A program made the position numbers and the translations under genes. Under the pieces are notes generated by a model. The model searched no databases, was not told the DNA's origin, and was given only the letters and a program-made list of their open reading frames with translations. DNA of 64,000 nt, taken from an uncultured Hormoscilla sp. (lineage in GTDB: Bacteria; Cyanobacteriota; Cyanobacteriia; Cyanobacteriales; Desertifilaceae). This document shows, piece after piece, positions 19,860 to 31,313 of this stretch; within the stretch, counting starts at the first letter, position 1, and each line of letters starts with the position of its first letter. The stretch is from positions 2,048,001 through 2,112,000 of the forward strand of contig OZ001293.3 of the NCBI GenBank assembly GCA_963921275.4, written 5' to 3'.

Positions 19860-21960
19860 GGACGACAAGGAAGAATAACGTCAGACAGCTGTGCTCATTC
19901 GGGAAAGCTCCTATTTCATCAGACTTCCTGGGAAACTTTCCAAGCGTTCGAGTAAGTTAGAGGTTCTCATCCTACAATGTAACTCAGGCGCCAATTGGTA
20001 GAAAGTCAAGGTCAACTCAAGAGCTCTCTGGAACCTTTGCACTGCCTTATATTCCAGAACTTCCCACTTCAGGAAAAACGCTGCCAAGCGCTGTTGTGCT
20101 TCCTGTGAGCGAGGGCGCAGCGTAAAGAGCATAAGCATCATTTTGAAGAGGATAACGACGCTGTTGTTTGGCTTGGGAGTGAGTTAGCTGTTGTCCCATC
20201 TCATCATGTTCGGGGAGTTGTTGATAGCTCAGATCGTCTTGGAGCCGTCCCACAAGGTGGGTGATGCATCGCTGTTGCTTGGCCTTGGGCAGATGTTTGG
20301 TCATGGCAGCAGGCAAACCTAAAGTCCCATCACTCACAACTACTTCAACAATTTCTGCTTGCAGACCCCATGCCATTAAGTTTTATATGAAGTTTTCCCA
20401 GGCCAGGGTGTCAAGACAGTTGGGCAATTTCGTAATGTATAAGTTGGTAGCTGCCATCTGGCCAGACAGCCATCGCCGCCAAAATTACACGCTCTTGAGC
20501 TTGCCCCATCTGGCGGAGATGTCCTGCAGGGTCTACTTTGGATGGGGTCGAGCCGGGAATCGCTTCCCGACCCTCCCTTGAGGAACCGGACTTGCGATTT
20601 TCACCGCATCCGGCTACTGGGTACTAGGCCCTTTTCATAGGTAGACTTAATAGGAATTACTTCCGTTAGCCCTTGCCGCCTGTCTTTTCTTCCCTTTCCT
20701 GGTTTAGCGAGTGGTTGTTCTGATAACCGTTAGTATCACCATTTTCAAGTCAGTTTTACCAGTTATCCATACCTTATCCTCCACTTGCGTTTCGGATTAG
20801 TTCCGTGGCTTTTTAGGATTACTCATTCCAGCAGCTTCCTAGTATCACCGACCCACGTCAGCGCTGGCTACCCAGCATCATCTACATTACTGTAGATGTT
20901 ATCCCAGGAATTACCCCGGGCATTCGCTTCTTGGGCCATCCCTCCCCCCGTGGCTTGCGCTTAACATCTAACTTGTCCTGATGGACAGCACACGAGAGGT
21001 TACTTCGTTCCCTAACAACATTTCGCGATACCTTTAGGTCCACACTATACCCCGGGAGCTATTTGAGTACTATATTAGCCAGAGTCTAAAACTAATACTA
21101 GCTACCATTTCCTTTTTAGGCCAGCGCATATAGTCTTATTTCGCTGGTTCCTTATAACGAGGCTTGCACATGTTTGCCTGCTCTAACCTTGGATATCTTT
21201 CCTAGCGGCGTCACCGGCTTAGGCTGCCAGTTATCCTACATTTGAGTCCTCGCTTAGCACCACGATGATGTCGCTTCGTAGCACCGAGGACCGGTGTCAC
21301 CCCCGTACCTGGGGGGAGGGGAATTTAACCCCCATGCGGTCAGAGTTCCCGGCTAATGAAACCGGGCTAGCGTTCCGTGTTTGACCACGTTAGGCTAGAA
21401 CGAATCGCACAAACTCTTCAAGGGTATATTGGATGTCCACCCAGACCCCATCTACAATCAAGATGGGAGGCGTCTTCTCAATCACCGATTGACGATGTTT
21501 ATCCATTTGCTGTTGAGCTTGTAAAGTAATAGGATTGATGGCACTCACAGATAGGACACTGCCCAGAAGAGGATAAAGTGCCTCTTGCAAGTCCCTGAAG
21601 GATAAACCCATCACATACAGACATAACCCCAAGTGAGCGTTGTTAAGACCGCGTTGATAGCCTTGCAAGATTTGCCATTTACGATCTGCATTACCCCATC
21701 TGAGTTTGGGCGTAGTTTATCAATTCTGCCATACTCGGTGTCAAGTACCCGAGAAAAATAACCTGAACGTCTTGGCTGAGGTCCAATGAAAGCTGCTGCG
21801 CTCAGCTTCCAATTCTTCGGCTTTTTCAATAATCACTTTAGTTATGGCCACAACTTCACCTTTAAGGGTTGCTTCCAGTTCCGCACAAAATTGCTGGTTG
21901 AAAACTTTGGGATTGGATGGGTACTATTTGCTTTTCACCCTCGGCTATTTTCATGGCAAG
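19860..21960 (-). mobile_element. Decayed IS256/Mutator-family transposase interrupted by an ORF-less group II intron
   Basis: Fragments SGYFSRVLDTEYGRI, GLSFRDLQEAL, LIVDGVW and VVSDGTLGLPAA..P.AKQQRCITH, MRTSNLLER, with multiple stops and frameshifts. Confidence 0.75.
20540..21410 (-). mobile_element. ORF-less group II intron, copy A (871 bp)
   Basis: 5' GTGCGATTCGTT; domain V AGCCGGATGCGGTGAAAATCGCAAGTCCGGTTC; domain VI hairpin; no RT ORF. Removing it restores the transposase frame (EEF|KVDPAGH). Confidence 0.92.
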
Positions 21961-22130
21961 TTACTGTAAGAATTTAATCTCCGATGGGTATCAACCCATT
22001 CCCGGGACAACTTTGCCCAAGGGAGAGGCTGAAGCCCCTGTGAGCTGGATGCCTTGCATCACTGGCTGTCCCGACTTAAGTTGGTAGCCTCTCCGATATA
22101 CACCTTAATTATACCATTTTTCAAAGTTCT

Positions 22131-22217
22131 GGTCTCCTGTACCAATGAGTGATAAGTAAAAGTTATATATACGAAATCAAGAGTTTCAGCCTTTTTTACT
22201 CGCCTGTTTTGTAGACC
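22131..22217. repeat. ~85-bp dispersed element (second copy at ~35414-35500)
   Basis: GGTCTCCTGTAC..GTGATAAGTA..TTATATATACG..AAATCAAG.GTTTCAGCCTTTTT..CCT.TTTTGTA is shared by both copies; this copy ends GGTCT...AGACC. Confidence 0.65.
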
Positions 22218-22723
22218 ATTACATTTTCTCAATAAACTCAAGAGAGCCCAAAGTTCTGAGAGACTTGACATTGCAAGGATTGCTGGAGGCTGGTGCCTTT
22301 GCAAATACCGTTACTAGATTCTACCTAGTAACCACAGCTTATGTGCGAGCATCACAAATTTATTAAATTGACGCCGCAACTTTTTTCAATCGAGGACATT
22401 TAGGCATTCTGAGAACAACATTTTCACTCCTAGGGCGAGAAACCGTGATTCTTTCGTAGAAAGTTGCACCGAAGCGTTAAATTGATATACTGCTGTGGGA
22501 GAGCCCTCACTGCAGGCTATCGGGCCAAATCGCCAGAACCATTGAACCATAAGGGTTGAGCACCAGAATAGCCATTTTTCGATGTGTAATTTAAATGCGC
22601 GACAGCTTACTCCCATTAACAAAGGTAAGGTGGCGAATAATTTCAGACACCAACTACAATTAATTCATACTTTTTTAAAATTTTTTTAAAATTTCTTCAT
22701 TTTCTCCATTACATTTAACCTGT

Positions 22724-23127
22724 TCAAGCAAACGGCCAAATATCTCGAAATATTTTTGGCCAATAACTGAAATAATTATTGTAGATTTGCTCACGGTGCA
22801 ATCCTAACATTTGAAATGTCAAACCTTGTCCTAGATAAATCAAGGTTAAGAGTATTTGATCTTCCACTAATAATTTAGGTTTGGCGCCGACTCCTGGTTC
22901 GATTAATCTAATTTTCGTCTTTTCTACATTGTCTTGATACTTTTTATTCATTTTTTTTGCTAAAATGATAAGTTGCATAAAATTTTCATAACTGATACCG
23001 ATTAACTGCTTTGCTTCTTTGTGCTTCTCAATATGTCCATGTATAACTATAGCTCATGTTCCTTAAACCTCACAATTAAATTTTTAAATCTTATTATACC
23101 AGAATTTTCTATTTTGGAAATGTCTAA
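22724..23127 (-). mobile_element. IS5-family (ISL2-like) transposase N-terminal remnant
   Basis: GVGAKPKLLVEDQILLTLIYL.QGLTFQMLGL (transposase HTH); AT-rich; abuts the truncated monooxygenase. Confidence 0.7.
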
Positions 23128-24012
23128 TCTCATGGTTCGATCGCGTGATGATATTTGCAGTACGCGGTTCATCTGTGTTTTTCATCGGTAGCAGACCCAG
23201 AGATACCGATCGCCTGGGCCCTTTGAATGCCCGCGAATAGCATAGGCCATGTTGCATACTGCATATTCTGAACCACTGCGATCGAGAGGGAACTTTGGCG
23301 GTATAGTCAACACTTTATACCTCAAACCAGCGCTGGGCGAGGGAAATTGCTTCATTTGAAATCTGTCCGACTCGTCCCACTGGGACAAGGTTTGCCGCAG
23401 GATGGAGTTAATGCCATCACAACCAACCAGAAGGCGAGGCTCAAATCTGAAAACCTTGCCGTTCTCTCCTTGACCAATAATCTGAAGTAACTCCGACTCG
23501 TTATTATCTTTAGCTATCCTGTTAATCTCGACACAGTCTGTGTTGAACAAGACTGTGATACAGTGCTGCCAATTGCATTCTATTTCCTGGTATAGCAACA
23601 GCAGAAATGCTCTGCGCGGTAGCCAGTAGGCAGTTTTCCGGTTTGGATTGGTAATGGGTAACTTTGATGTTTTCCGCTTGCCATTAGACCGAATCACTGT
23701 TAAGTAAAATTCCGTATTGGGCACGCTGAGTTTTGCTAGCTGGTCCGTGAGTCCGATGAAGTCGGTGAATTTTTGACCCCGACCATCAATTTGATAAAGG
23801 AATGACTTATCAGGTTCATAGTAATCAGCCGATGGACGTTTTTCCAAGACGATTATATTTTTCCAACCCCGTTTGGCCAGCATTAAGACAGTGGCGAGTC
23901 CTGCTGGCCCGCCTCCCACGATCGCAGCGTTCACCATCCGATCGAGAATAAAATAAACTCCCTGTGCTGTCAAGGATTTTTCAGTAAGCATCATATTGTT
24001 GGCATTAGTCAT
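23128..24012 (-). pseudogene. FAD-dependent monooxygenase, frameshifted and truncated
   Basis: IVGGGPAGLA, LEKR and LLVGCDGINS motifs; the C-terminal half is missing, with an IS remnant in its place. Confidence 0.75.
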
Positions 24013-24256
24013 CAGTTTCTCCTGCTAGAAAGCGGATGAAGGCGATCTTGTTTTATTGGGAGCATCTCATATTTTATCTCCTACCCGGTGCGTTACGGGT
24101 CGGTATCTCCTGGGTAGTGCGAGTACGATGTCCCTCGGGTAGTGCGATTAGCGCTCTCGGGGGACATCGAGCGACCAGGAGATACCGAAGACCGAAGGGC
24201 GATCGATGAAGCTTGTTACGAGGCCAAAAATGATCGCGCCCGCCCCGTAACGCACC

Positions 24257-24822
24257 CTACGTAACACTTGTTGTTATTCTTGAGTGCTGATTTCTGACCT
24301 TTGCTAATTTACTCTCGATAAAATCGTCTATATCTGAGACAAAAACACCGGATTGAAGTTTAATTTCCAAAGCTTCTGCTACTTCTATCACATCCAGAAA
24401 GCTAGAATTTTGATAGTTGCGGTCTTCATATTCCTTAATTGTATATTCGGAAATTACTGTAAGTTCCGCTAACTCTTTGGGGCTAATTTTAGCGGCTATC
24501 CTAGCTTCGATCAGAATCTGAACGATCGCCTTGTCTATGGTGAGGTCAGATGTTTGTAAAACTAAAGGTTGTTCCCGATCGTGGGCCTTGAGTGCTTCAT
24601 ATTCAGCAATTTCAGACTGTAATGCTTCCATCTGGCTTTGATAAGAATCTTGAAGCAGTTGCCATCCATCGGTGTCCCCCGAGAGCGCTACTCGCACTAC
24701 CCGGGGAACACCGCAGGATCGTTGGTTTTCTTTTCTTCATTTTGACGCAGTGAGGCGATCGCTTTGGAAAACCTTTCCGCCCAATATTTGGTTACACCAT
24801 ACTCATGTTCGTTTTTAATCAT
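24257..24822 (-). pseudogene. XRE/HTH antitoxin-like gene disrupted by a 44-bp palindromic insertion
   Basis: MIKNEHEYGVTKYWAERF..NDP and DGWQLLQDSY...LIEARIAAKIS.KELAEL join in frame when 24670-24713 is removed. Confidence 0.8.
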
Positions 24823-25230
24823 GGTTCCCACCTCGATAAATCTATGGCAATGATGCCTTGTAAATTTTGTTTTCTGTCCCGCTGAAAGAAGTCTATTGAC
24901 TATACCATCATCCACTGGCTGATCTGATGGAAAAACTTCGCCTCTATACTTAGCTTTTTGAGCCGCCCGGTCATAAATTTTTAGCAATGTCATTCTCCCT
25001 CAGAAAGTCAATATCAACATCCTCTCTGTCTCAACAAGCATCAAAGTCTCCTGGATTGGGGTTATTTGTAACAAAGCTACCATTAATGTAGATTGTGCGA
25101 CATCCGGCTGCAAGTAAGCGGTTCCATTACTTGCTCAAGTCCATCGATTAGTCGTTGGCGACAGAAGTTACTGCAAAATCGTTCTTTAAACTCTGACCAG
25201 TCAGCCCAATGTATTCGGAGGAGGTAGGTT
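24823..25230 (-). pseudogene. Nucleotidyltransferase-like (DUF6932-type) toxin remnant
   Basis: Manual translation LAAGCRTIYINGSFVTNNPNPGDFDAC*D.. and RAAQKAKYRGEVFP, with stops and frameshifts. Confidence 0.6.
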
Positions 25231-25300
25231 GCCGTTTTCATCAAAGGGCGGTATCATTATTTATTTTTTTTGAACGCAATCCGATAATAATAAACTAAAA

Positions 25301-25342
25301 GTATCTACGAATACGGTCATTTCACGCTCTTGAACTTAACTT
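25301..25342 (+). promoter_or_regulatory. NtcA-type promoter upstream of argZ
   Basis: GTA-TCTACGAA-TAC (25301-25314), followed 22 nt later by TAACTT (TAN3T). Confidence 0.55.
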
Positions 25343-25616
25343 TACCTCCATTGTAGCCAGACTCTATGGAAATGCGCGTCCTAGAGCTGAACAGCGGCAT
25401 TTTCTGACGGCAAGTTGCCGCAAATATATTTCATCTGCAGCTAAGTGACTATAGTTGACCAGAAGTTTGGAGAAACTACCTCATGATAGAGATCGCAACC
25501 TGATATAATGAAAGATTAGTCTTGGCAGCACCAGAAAGAGTGGCAACAGCTGCCAGATCGGGTGCCGAGTGGTCAAAAGCAATTGTCGTCTTAGCGTCTA
25601 CCCATTGTATAAGATT

Positions 25617-27787
25617 ATGAGCGATCCGATTCGTTTTCTGATGTGCGCCCCCGACCACTATGATATGGATTACGTGATCAATCCCTGGATGGAGGGGAAC
25701 GTTCACAAATCATCCCGCGATCGGGCCGTGGTACAGTGGCAAAAACTCTACCACATTCTCAAAGACAATGCGATCGTCGATTTAGTCAACCCCGAACAGG
25801 GCTGGCCGGACATGGTGTTCACCGCCAATGCTGGTCTAGTCTTGGGAGAGAACATCGTCCTCAGTCGCTTCCTGCATAAAGAACGACAAGGAGAGGAACC
25901 TTACTTCAAAGCCTGGTTTGAGTCAAAGGGCTACACTGTCTACGAACTACCCCAAGATTTACCCTTTGAAGGTGCCGGTGATGCCCTGTTAGACCGAGAA
26001 AAACGTTGGTTATGGGCGGGTTACGGCTTCCGTTCGGAATTAGACTCTCATCCCTACATCGCCGAGTGGTTGGACATCGAAGTGCTACCCTTGCGCCTAA
26101 TGGATGAACGGTTTTATCACCTGGATACTTGCTTCTGTTCCCTGACGAGAGGCTATTTGCTTTACTATCCTCCCGCTTTTGACGGTTACTCTAATCGCTT
26201 AATCGAAATGCGGGTGCCAGCGGAAAAGCGGATAGCGATCGCCGAAGCGGATGCAGTCAACTTCGCCTGCAACGCGGTGAATATTGACCAAACCGTGGTG
26301 ATGAACAAGGTGAGTGACGACCTCAAACAACGGCTGGCATCGGTAGAGTATAAGGTAATCGAAACGCCCCTGACGGAATTTCTGAAGGCGGGTGGGGCTG
26401 CTAAATGTCTGACCCTGCGGGTTACGGAGCCAGTGCAACCAGATATTCATGCCGCAATTACTGTGGAGAGTCGTACCATTCAGATGTCGGGACATCTGTT
26501 GGATGCGGGCTTGCTCAATCAGGCTTTAGACTTGATTGTCGAAGGTGGCGGTAGCTTCAAGGTGCTCAACTTCAACCTGGGAATAGAACGACAAAGTACC
26601 TCCCAAGCGGATGTGAGAGTCTCTGCTCCGGCCCGTGAGGTGATGGAAGAAATCATGTCCTCCCTGATCGATATAGGGGCTGTGGCTCTGCCCGAAGAGG
26701 TTTGCGATGCCAAGCGGGAACCGGTGACCCAGGCGGGGGTGGCCGCAGATGATTTCTACGTGACGACGATTTATCCCACGGAAGTGCGCATTAATTGTGA
26801 GTGGGTAAGAGTGCAAAATCAGCGCATGGATGGACGATCGCGGTTACCCATACCCCCGAGGGTCCAGTTGCGCAATGCAAGTTACTCCGGGATTTGCAAG
26901 TCGGGGAAATCGCGGTTACCCATACCCCCGAGGGTCCAGTTGCGCAATGCAAGTTACTCCGGGATTTGCAAGTCGGGGAAGAGGTAATTGTCGGCGTAGA
27001 AGGAATTCGCACTGTCCGGGATCCCGAGTCCCGGGAGCAACGAGGTCAGCAGGAATTCAGCTTTATGAGTGGCGGTGTTTCTAGCGAACGCCGGGTGGAA
27101 TTGGTAGTGGAGCAAATTGCCTGGGACTTGCGACATATTCGCGATCGGGGCGGTAAGGTTGTGGTCACTGCTGGACCGGTGGTCATTCATACGGGCGGTA
27201 GCGAACACCTGGCCCGTCTGATTTGCGATGGTTACGCCCTGCTGGGCGGAAATGCGATCGCGGTTCACGACATCGAACAATCCTTGATGGGGACTTCCTT
27301 AGGAGTAGACATGAAGCAGGGAGTTGCCGTCCATAGGGGACATCGCCATCACATCAAGACCATTAATGCGATTCGTCGCTGTGGCAGTATTGCTAAGGCT
27401 GTGGAGCAAGGTGTTCTCAAAAATGGCATCATGTACGAATGCGTGCGCAACAATGTGCCCTTCTCCCTGGCAGGTTCCATTCGGGATGACGGTCCCCTGC
27501 CAGATACCCAGATGGATTTGATTAAAGCACAGCAGGAATATGCCCAGTTGCTCAAAGATGCAGACATGATTCTCATGCTCTCTTCCATGCTGCACTCGAT
27601 CTGGGTCGGGAATATGACTCCTGCGGGAGTGAAGATGGTCTGCGTGGATATTAATCCTGCGGGAGTGACTAAGTTGAGCGATCGGGGTTCGATCGAATCT
27701 GTCGGTGTGGTAACAGACGTGGGGCTATTCTTGAGTCTGTTAGTGCAGCAGTTGGATAAGTTGACCAGTCCTTATCAGGTAGCTTAA
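25617..27787 (+). pseudogene. argZ: Arginine dihydrolase/ornithine cyclodeaminase ArgZ (AgrE), frameshifted, with an internal 72-bp duplication
   Basis: Amidinotransferase motifs PDMVFTANAG, FEGAGD, FYHLDTCF and KAGGAAKCLTL; C-terminal FMSGGVSSER and LAGSIRDDGPLPD. Frameshift at ~26835; 26837-26908 is repeated at 26909-26980. Confidence 0.88.
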
Positions 27788-28004
27788 CTCCCATTGTCAT
27801 CCCCACCCGTTCAGCCCAAGTGTGGTCAAAAGTAGTTGTATTAGTGGGGAACTCTTCACAGCTCACAATGAACGGTTGCCAACGGGCGCAAGACTACACC
27901 CAATGAAGTTCTCCGTTCGGAGTTCTCCGTTCGGAGTTAGAGCAGTTCTAGGGTACTTTTACTTCAACTTGCACCTACTATAATCTAACCAGTGCTCTAC
28001 TGTT

Positions 28005-28100
28005 GGGGTTTCAAACCCCGACCGAGAGGTTTGAAACCCCAACCGAGAGGTTTAAAACCCCAACCGAGAGGTTTAAAACCCCGACCGAGAGGTTTAAAAA
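28005..28100. repeat. 21-bp tandem repeat GGTTT(A/G/C)AAACCCC(G/A)ACCGAGA, ~4.5 copies
   Basis: Directly visible; no spacers. Confidence 0.9.
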
Positions 28101-28501
28101 CCTCAACTCAGAACGCCGAAATCCGAACTCCTTCCCTCACGTAGGGCACCGGTTAGATTGGGTGCGCTCACTTGTAGTTGATAGCCGGGTGCATCTGGTG
28201 ATGCATGTAATATAGCCCGCCTGCGCAGGCTTTGGTTGTAGAGTTAGGTTCGGATAAGCCTTGCCTGGTGGAGCGATCGCCTGCTGCGGGGGTAAGGGAT
28301 CTCAGAAATGGTGGATAGAACACAGCTAATCTTGACTGCAACGAAGCTACTATCTCTGACATATACTTCTTCAGCAAGAGAGTTAGAGGAGATGATGGAT
28401 GCGCAGTTAACTAATTTGCCATCCGGTGAGGACTGGAAGTTTTAAGATTGAGGATAAGAAGGGCGATCGCACTCCGAAATATCCTATAATATAAATATCA
28501 G

Positions 28502-29038
28502 ATGCAGCGAGAGGTAAAAACCATGACACAGGAACTAATCGACCTGAGAACTAGCATATTGGAGGAACGCTATGCAGATGCTTTGGCCATTGTGGACGAA
28601 CTTGAAGGAATGAGTAAACAAGGAATTCTGCGTAACATCGAATCTTTTTTGCGCCCGATGATGATTCACTTAATCAAAAACCAAGTTGAGCAGCGCTTAA
28701 CTAATTCTTGGGCGGCTTCAATTGAAGGTTCGCTCCTCGAAATTAAAAAGCTGAATCTCAAAGATAATAAAACATCTTACTATATCAAGCAGGATGAATG
28801 GAAGGATTTTTGGGAATCGGCAATTTCGGAAGCACTTCGTCCAGTAAGCATAGAAATTATGAATGGAAAACTAAATCGATCTCAACTTGCAGATAGAATA
28901 GATAAAACGCAGTTGATATCAGCGGCGAATCAATTACTTGCTCTGACTTACAATCATTCAGTCAAGGAGTTACCAGATATCATTGACGCGCAGTTAATTC
29001 AGTTGCCAGGAGGTGAAGACTGGGAACGCAAGCTTTGA
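28502..29038 (+). CDS. DUF29 family protein
   Basis: ELIDLRTSILEERYADAL..DELEGMSK..IHLIKNQVEQRLTNSW. Confidence 0.8.
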   Translation: MQREVKTMTQELIDLRTSILEERYADALAIVDELEGMSKQGILRNIESFLRPMMIHLIKNQVEQRLTNSWAASIEGSLLEIKKLNLKDNKTSYYIKQDEWKDFWESAISEALRPVSIEIMNGKLNRSQLADRIDKTQLISAANQLLALTYNHSVKELPDIIDAQLIQLPGGEDWERKL

Positions 29039-29095
29039 AAATCGAGGATAATTTGGACGTTCGCACCCTTAAATATCCTATAATATAAATATCCG

Positions 29096-29635
29096 ATGCA
29101 GCGAGAGGTAAAAACCATGACACAGGAACTAATCGACCTGAGAACTAGCATCTTAGAAGAACGATATGCCGATGCTTTACTAATTGTGGATGAACTAGAA
29201 GGCATGAGCAAAAAAGCAATTCTGCGGAATATCCAATCCTTTTTAATCAGGATGATGATTCACTTGATTAAAAACCAAGTTGAGCAGCGCTTAACCAATT
29301 CTTGGGTGGCTTCAATAGAAGGTTCTCTCTTTGAGATCCAAGATTTAAATCTCAAAGAGAATCAAACATCATATTACATCAAGCCTGATGAATGGGAGCC
29401 ATTTCTGGAAAAAGCAATTGAATTAGCAATTCGTCCAGCAAGTATGGAGGTGTTGAATGGAAAACTAAGTCGCTCTCAACTCTCAGAGAGAATAGATAGA
29501 ACACAGTTGATATCGGTGGCAAATCAATTACTTGCTCTGAGTTACACCCATTCAGTCAAGGAGTTACCAGATATCATTGACGAGCAGTTAACTCAGTTGC
29601 CAGGAGGTGAAGAATGGGAGTTTGAAAATAGATGA
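29096..29635 (+). CDS. DUF29 family protein (tandem paralog)
   Basis: Paralog with a duplicated upstream region (AAATATCCTATAATATAAATATC); the 3' remnant of another copy lies at ~28320-28445. Confidence 0.8.
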   Translation: MQREVKTMTQELIDLRTSILEERYADALLIVDELEGMSKKAILRNIQSFLIRMMIHLIKNQVEQRLTNSWVASIEGSLFEIQDLNLKENQTSYYIKPDEWEPFLEKAIELAIRPASMEVLNGKLSRSQLSERIDRTQLISVANQLLALSYTHSVKELPDIIDEQLTQLPGGEEWEFENR

Positions 29636-29701
29636 GGATTTGGGCGATCGCTCCCGCCCCCCGATCGCACCAGATGATAATACAAATAGTGAGGGTTAGC
29701 T

Positions 29702-29905
29702 ATGACTAAAGGATTGATTGATACCTCAACAACAGCGAAAAAGCAGATAACGCTCTTGCGGAATTTACTTCAGCTACCGATAGCGGAACGCAATGCTTTG
29801 TTAGCTCAACAAGTGGCGACGATAACAGAATATTTTCGCCTCGGTTCTGAGGAGATAGAATGGGTGGAGGACTATATAGAAAATGACAACTGGGATGACG
29901 AATAA
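29702..29905 (+). CDS. Small putative antitoxin
   Basis: 67 aa with an acidic tail, overlapping the start of the PemK-like gene. Confidence 0.5.
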   Translation: MTKGLIDTSTTAKKQITLLRNLLQLPIAERNALLAQQVATITEYFRLGSEEIEWVEDYIENDNWDDE

Positions 29906-30252
29906 AGAACCATTACGTGGGTAAATTTGGCTGGTACAATTTAATCCAACGATCGGGGATGAGATCCAGAAAAAACGTCCTGCTGTGGTTATCAGTGCTG
30001 ATGGATTGGCGGGACTGAAAATTCGTCTGGTTATCCCGATCTCAGGTTAGAAATCAGCTTTTGTTACTATTCCTTGGATTGTGCAGATTGACCCCACACC
30101 GCAGAACGGTTTAACAAAGGTTTCTGCAGCGAACCCTTTGCAAACCATATCTGTTTTCCTGGAGCATTTTTCCGCACAAATGGGTGCTATTGAAGCAGAA
30201 AAGCTAGAAGCAATTGTGTTAGCATTAGCTCTGGTAGTTCAATCTACCTAAG
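29895..30252 (+). pseudogene. PemK/MazF toxin with nonsense codons
   Basis: MTNKEPLRG*IWLVQFNPTIGDEIQKKRPAVVIS...IPISG*K..QNGLTKVSAA. Confidence 0.8.
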
Positions 30253-30519
30253 TGCTCGCTATTTTCCCTATACTACTATTCCTGAAACAGTAGGGTGGGC
30301 ATCACCTTACTCAGGCGATCCTATTGCGCAGCCGCTTCGCGATTGCTCTTTAGGATCGCCCCCCGATCGTACCGATCTGACGATGACGATCGCCCCCTGA
30401 TCGCACCAGATGATAATACGAATAGCAGTTGTAGGTTGGGTTGAGGTTCCTTACCCAACGGTCCAGATGTTGGCGTCGATCTGGTTGGGTTTCCTCTACT
30501 CAGTGCGCGTAGCGCTACG

Positions 30520-30885
30520 TCAACCCAACCTACGAAGATCGTTCATTGAAATGCTCCCTTGCTCAACCTGGGAAGCTTGTTGCTGCTTAATTTCACGGAA
30601 TTTTAGCACGAAAGGCGAGGGATGGCGATCGTACTCGGCTTCAGCTTTCAGACAATATTCTAACCAGTCTTTTACATACTTGCCTACAGTGTCACGATTT
30701 TCCAGATAGTACAAAATGGTAGCATAAACTTGCGCTAGACTGACTGTATAAAATTGCTGGCCGATCGCCTCTGCTGTCTGATTACAATAGATGTATTCGT
30801 AGAGGATATGCTCGATCCCAACCCGCGTACCTTTAACCCGAATATCTTCAGGACTTAGAAAACGAAAATAATCTTCTATCTGCAT
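30520..30885 (-). CDS. DUF433 family antitoxin-like protein
   Basis: DIRVKGTRVGIEHIL..VSLAQVYATILYYL. Confidence 0.8.
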   Translation of the reverse strand: MQIEDYFRFLSPEDIRVKGTRVGIEHILYEYIYCNQTAEAIGQQFYTVSLAQVYATILYYLENRDTVGKYVKDWLEYCLKAEAEYDRHPSPFVLKFREIKQQQASQVEQGSISMNDLRRLG

Positions 30886-31001
30886 GGTGTTAATCCTCCT
30901 ACTTTACTGCTTGCTAGTTATATAGGCGATATTTATTCGCCCCCCGATCGCCTCATCTCGTTGACGACAACTCTAATTCTGAATGAGCATAAATTGCATC
31001 A

Positions 31002-31310
31002 TCATTTTCCACCTTCCCGAACAGTAACAGTTAATTCTAATCCGAGATGTTTGAGCCAATCTGCTAAACTATAAATAGCATCGCTGCCGCGTTTTTCCAA
31101 CAATTCATCTAGTTTTTCTTCATGCAGTTTAGCTTGTTCTGGAGACATATACAATTCACCCAAAGCTGACACTACATCTTTAAGTGCTAGCAGCAGCAGT
31201 TCCGGTTCCGGGTCTTCTTCTTGTAAGATTGCCCAGAGATAACCCGCTGCTTCTACAGGTTCTTTGAGTGATTCAATCAGATATTCTTGGTAGCTTCTAC
31301 TTTTTGGCAT
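31002..31310 (-). CDS. Addiction-module antidote protein
   Basis: YLIESLKEPVEAAGYL..LLLALKDV..LGLELTV; downstream of the RelE-like toxin. Confidence 0.75.
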   Translation of the reverse strand: MPKSRSYQEYLIESLKEPVEAAGYLWAILQEEDPEPELLLLALKDVVSALGELYMSPEQAKLHEEKLDELLEKRGSDAIYSLADWLKHLGLELTVTVREGGK

Positions 31311-31313
31311 TTT

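Noticed and set aside
26791..26987. Programmed frameshift or repeat peptide in argZ
   Set aside because: There is no slippery sequence; a 1-nt deletion plus an exact 72-bp duplication explains the pattern.
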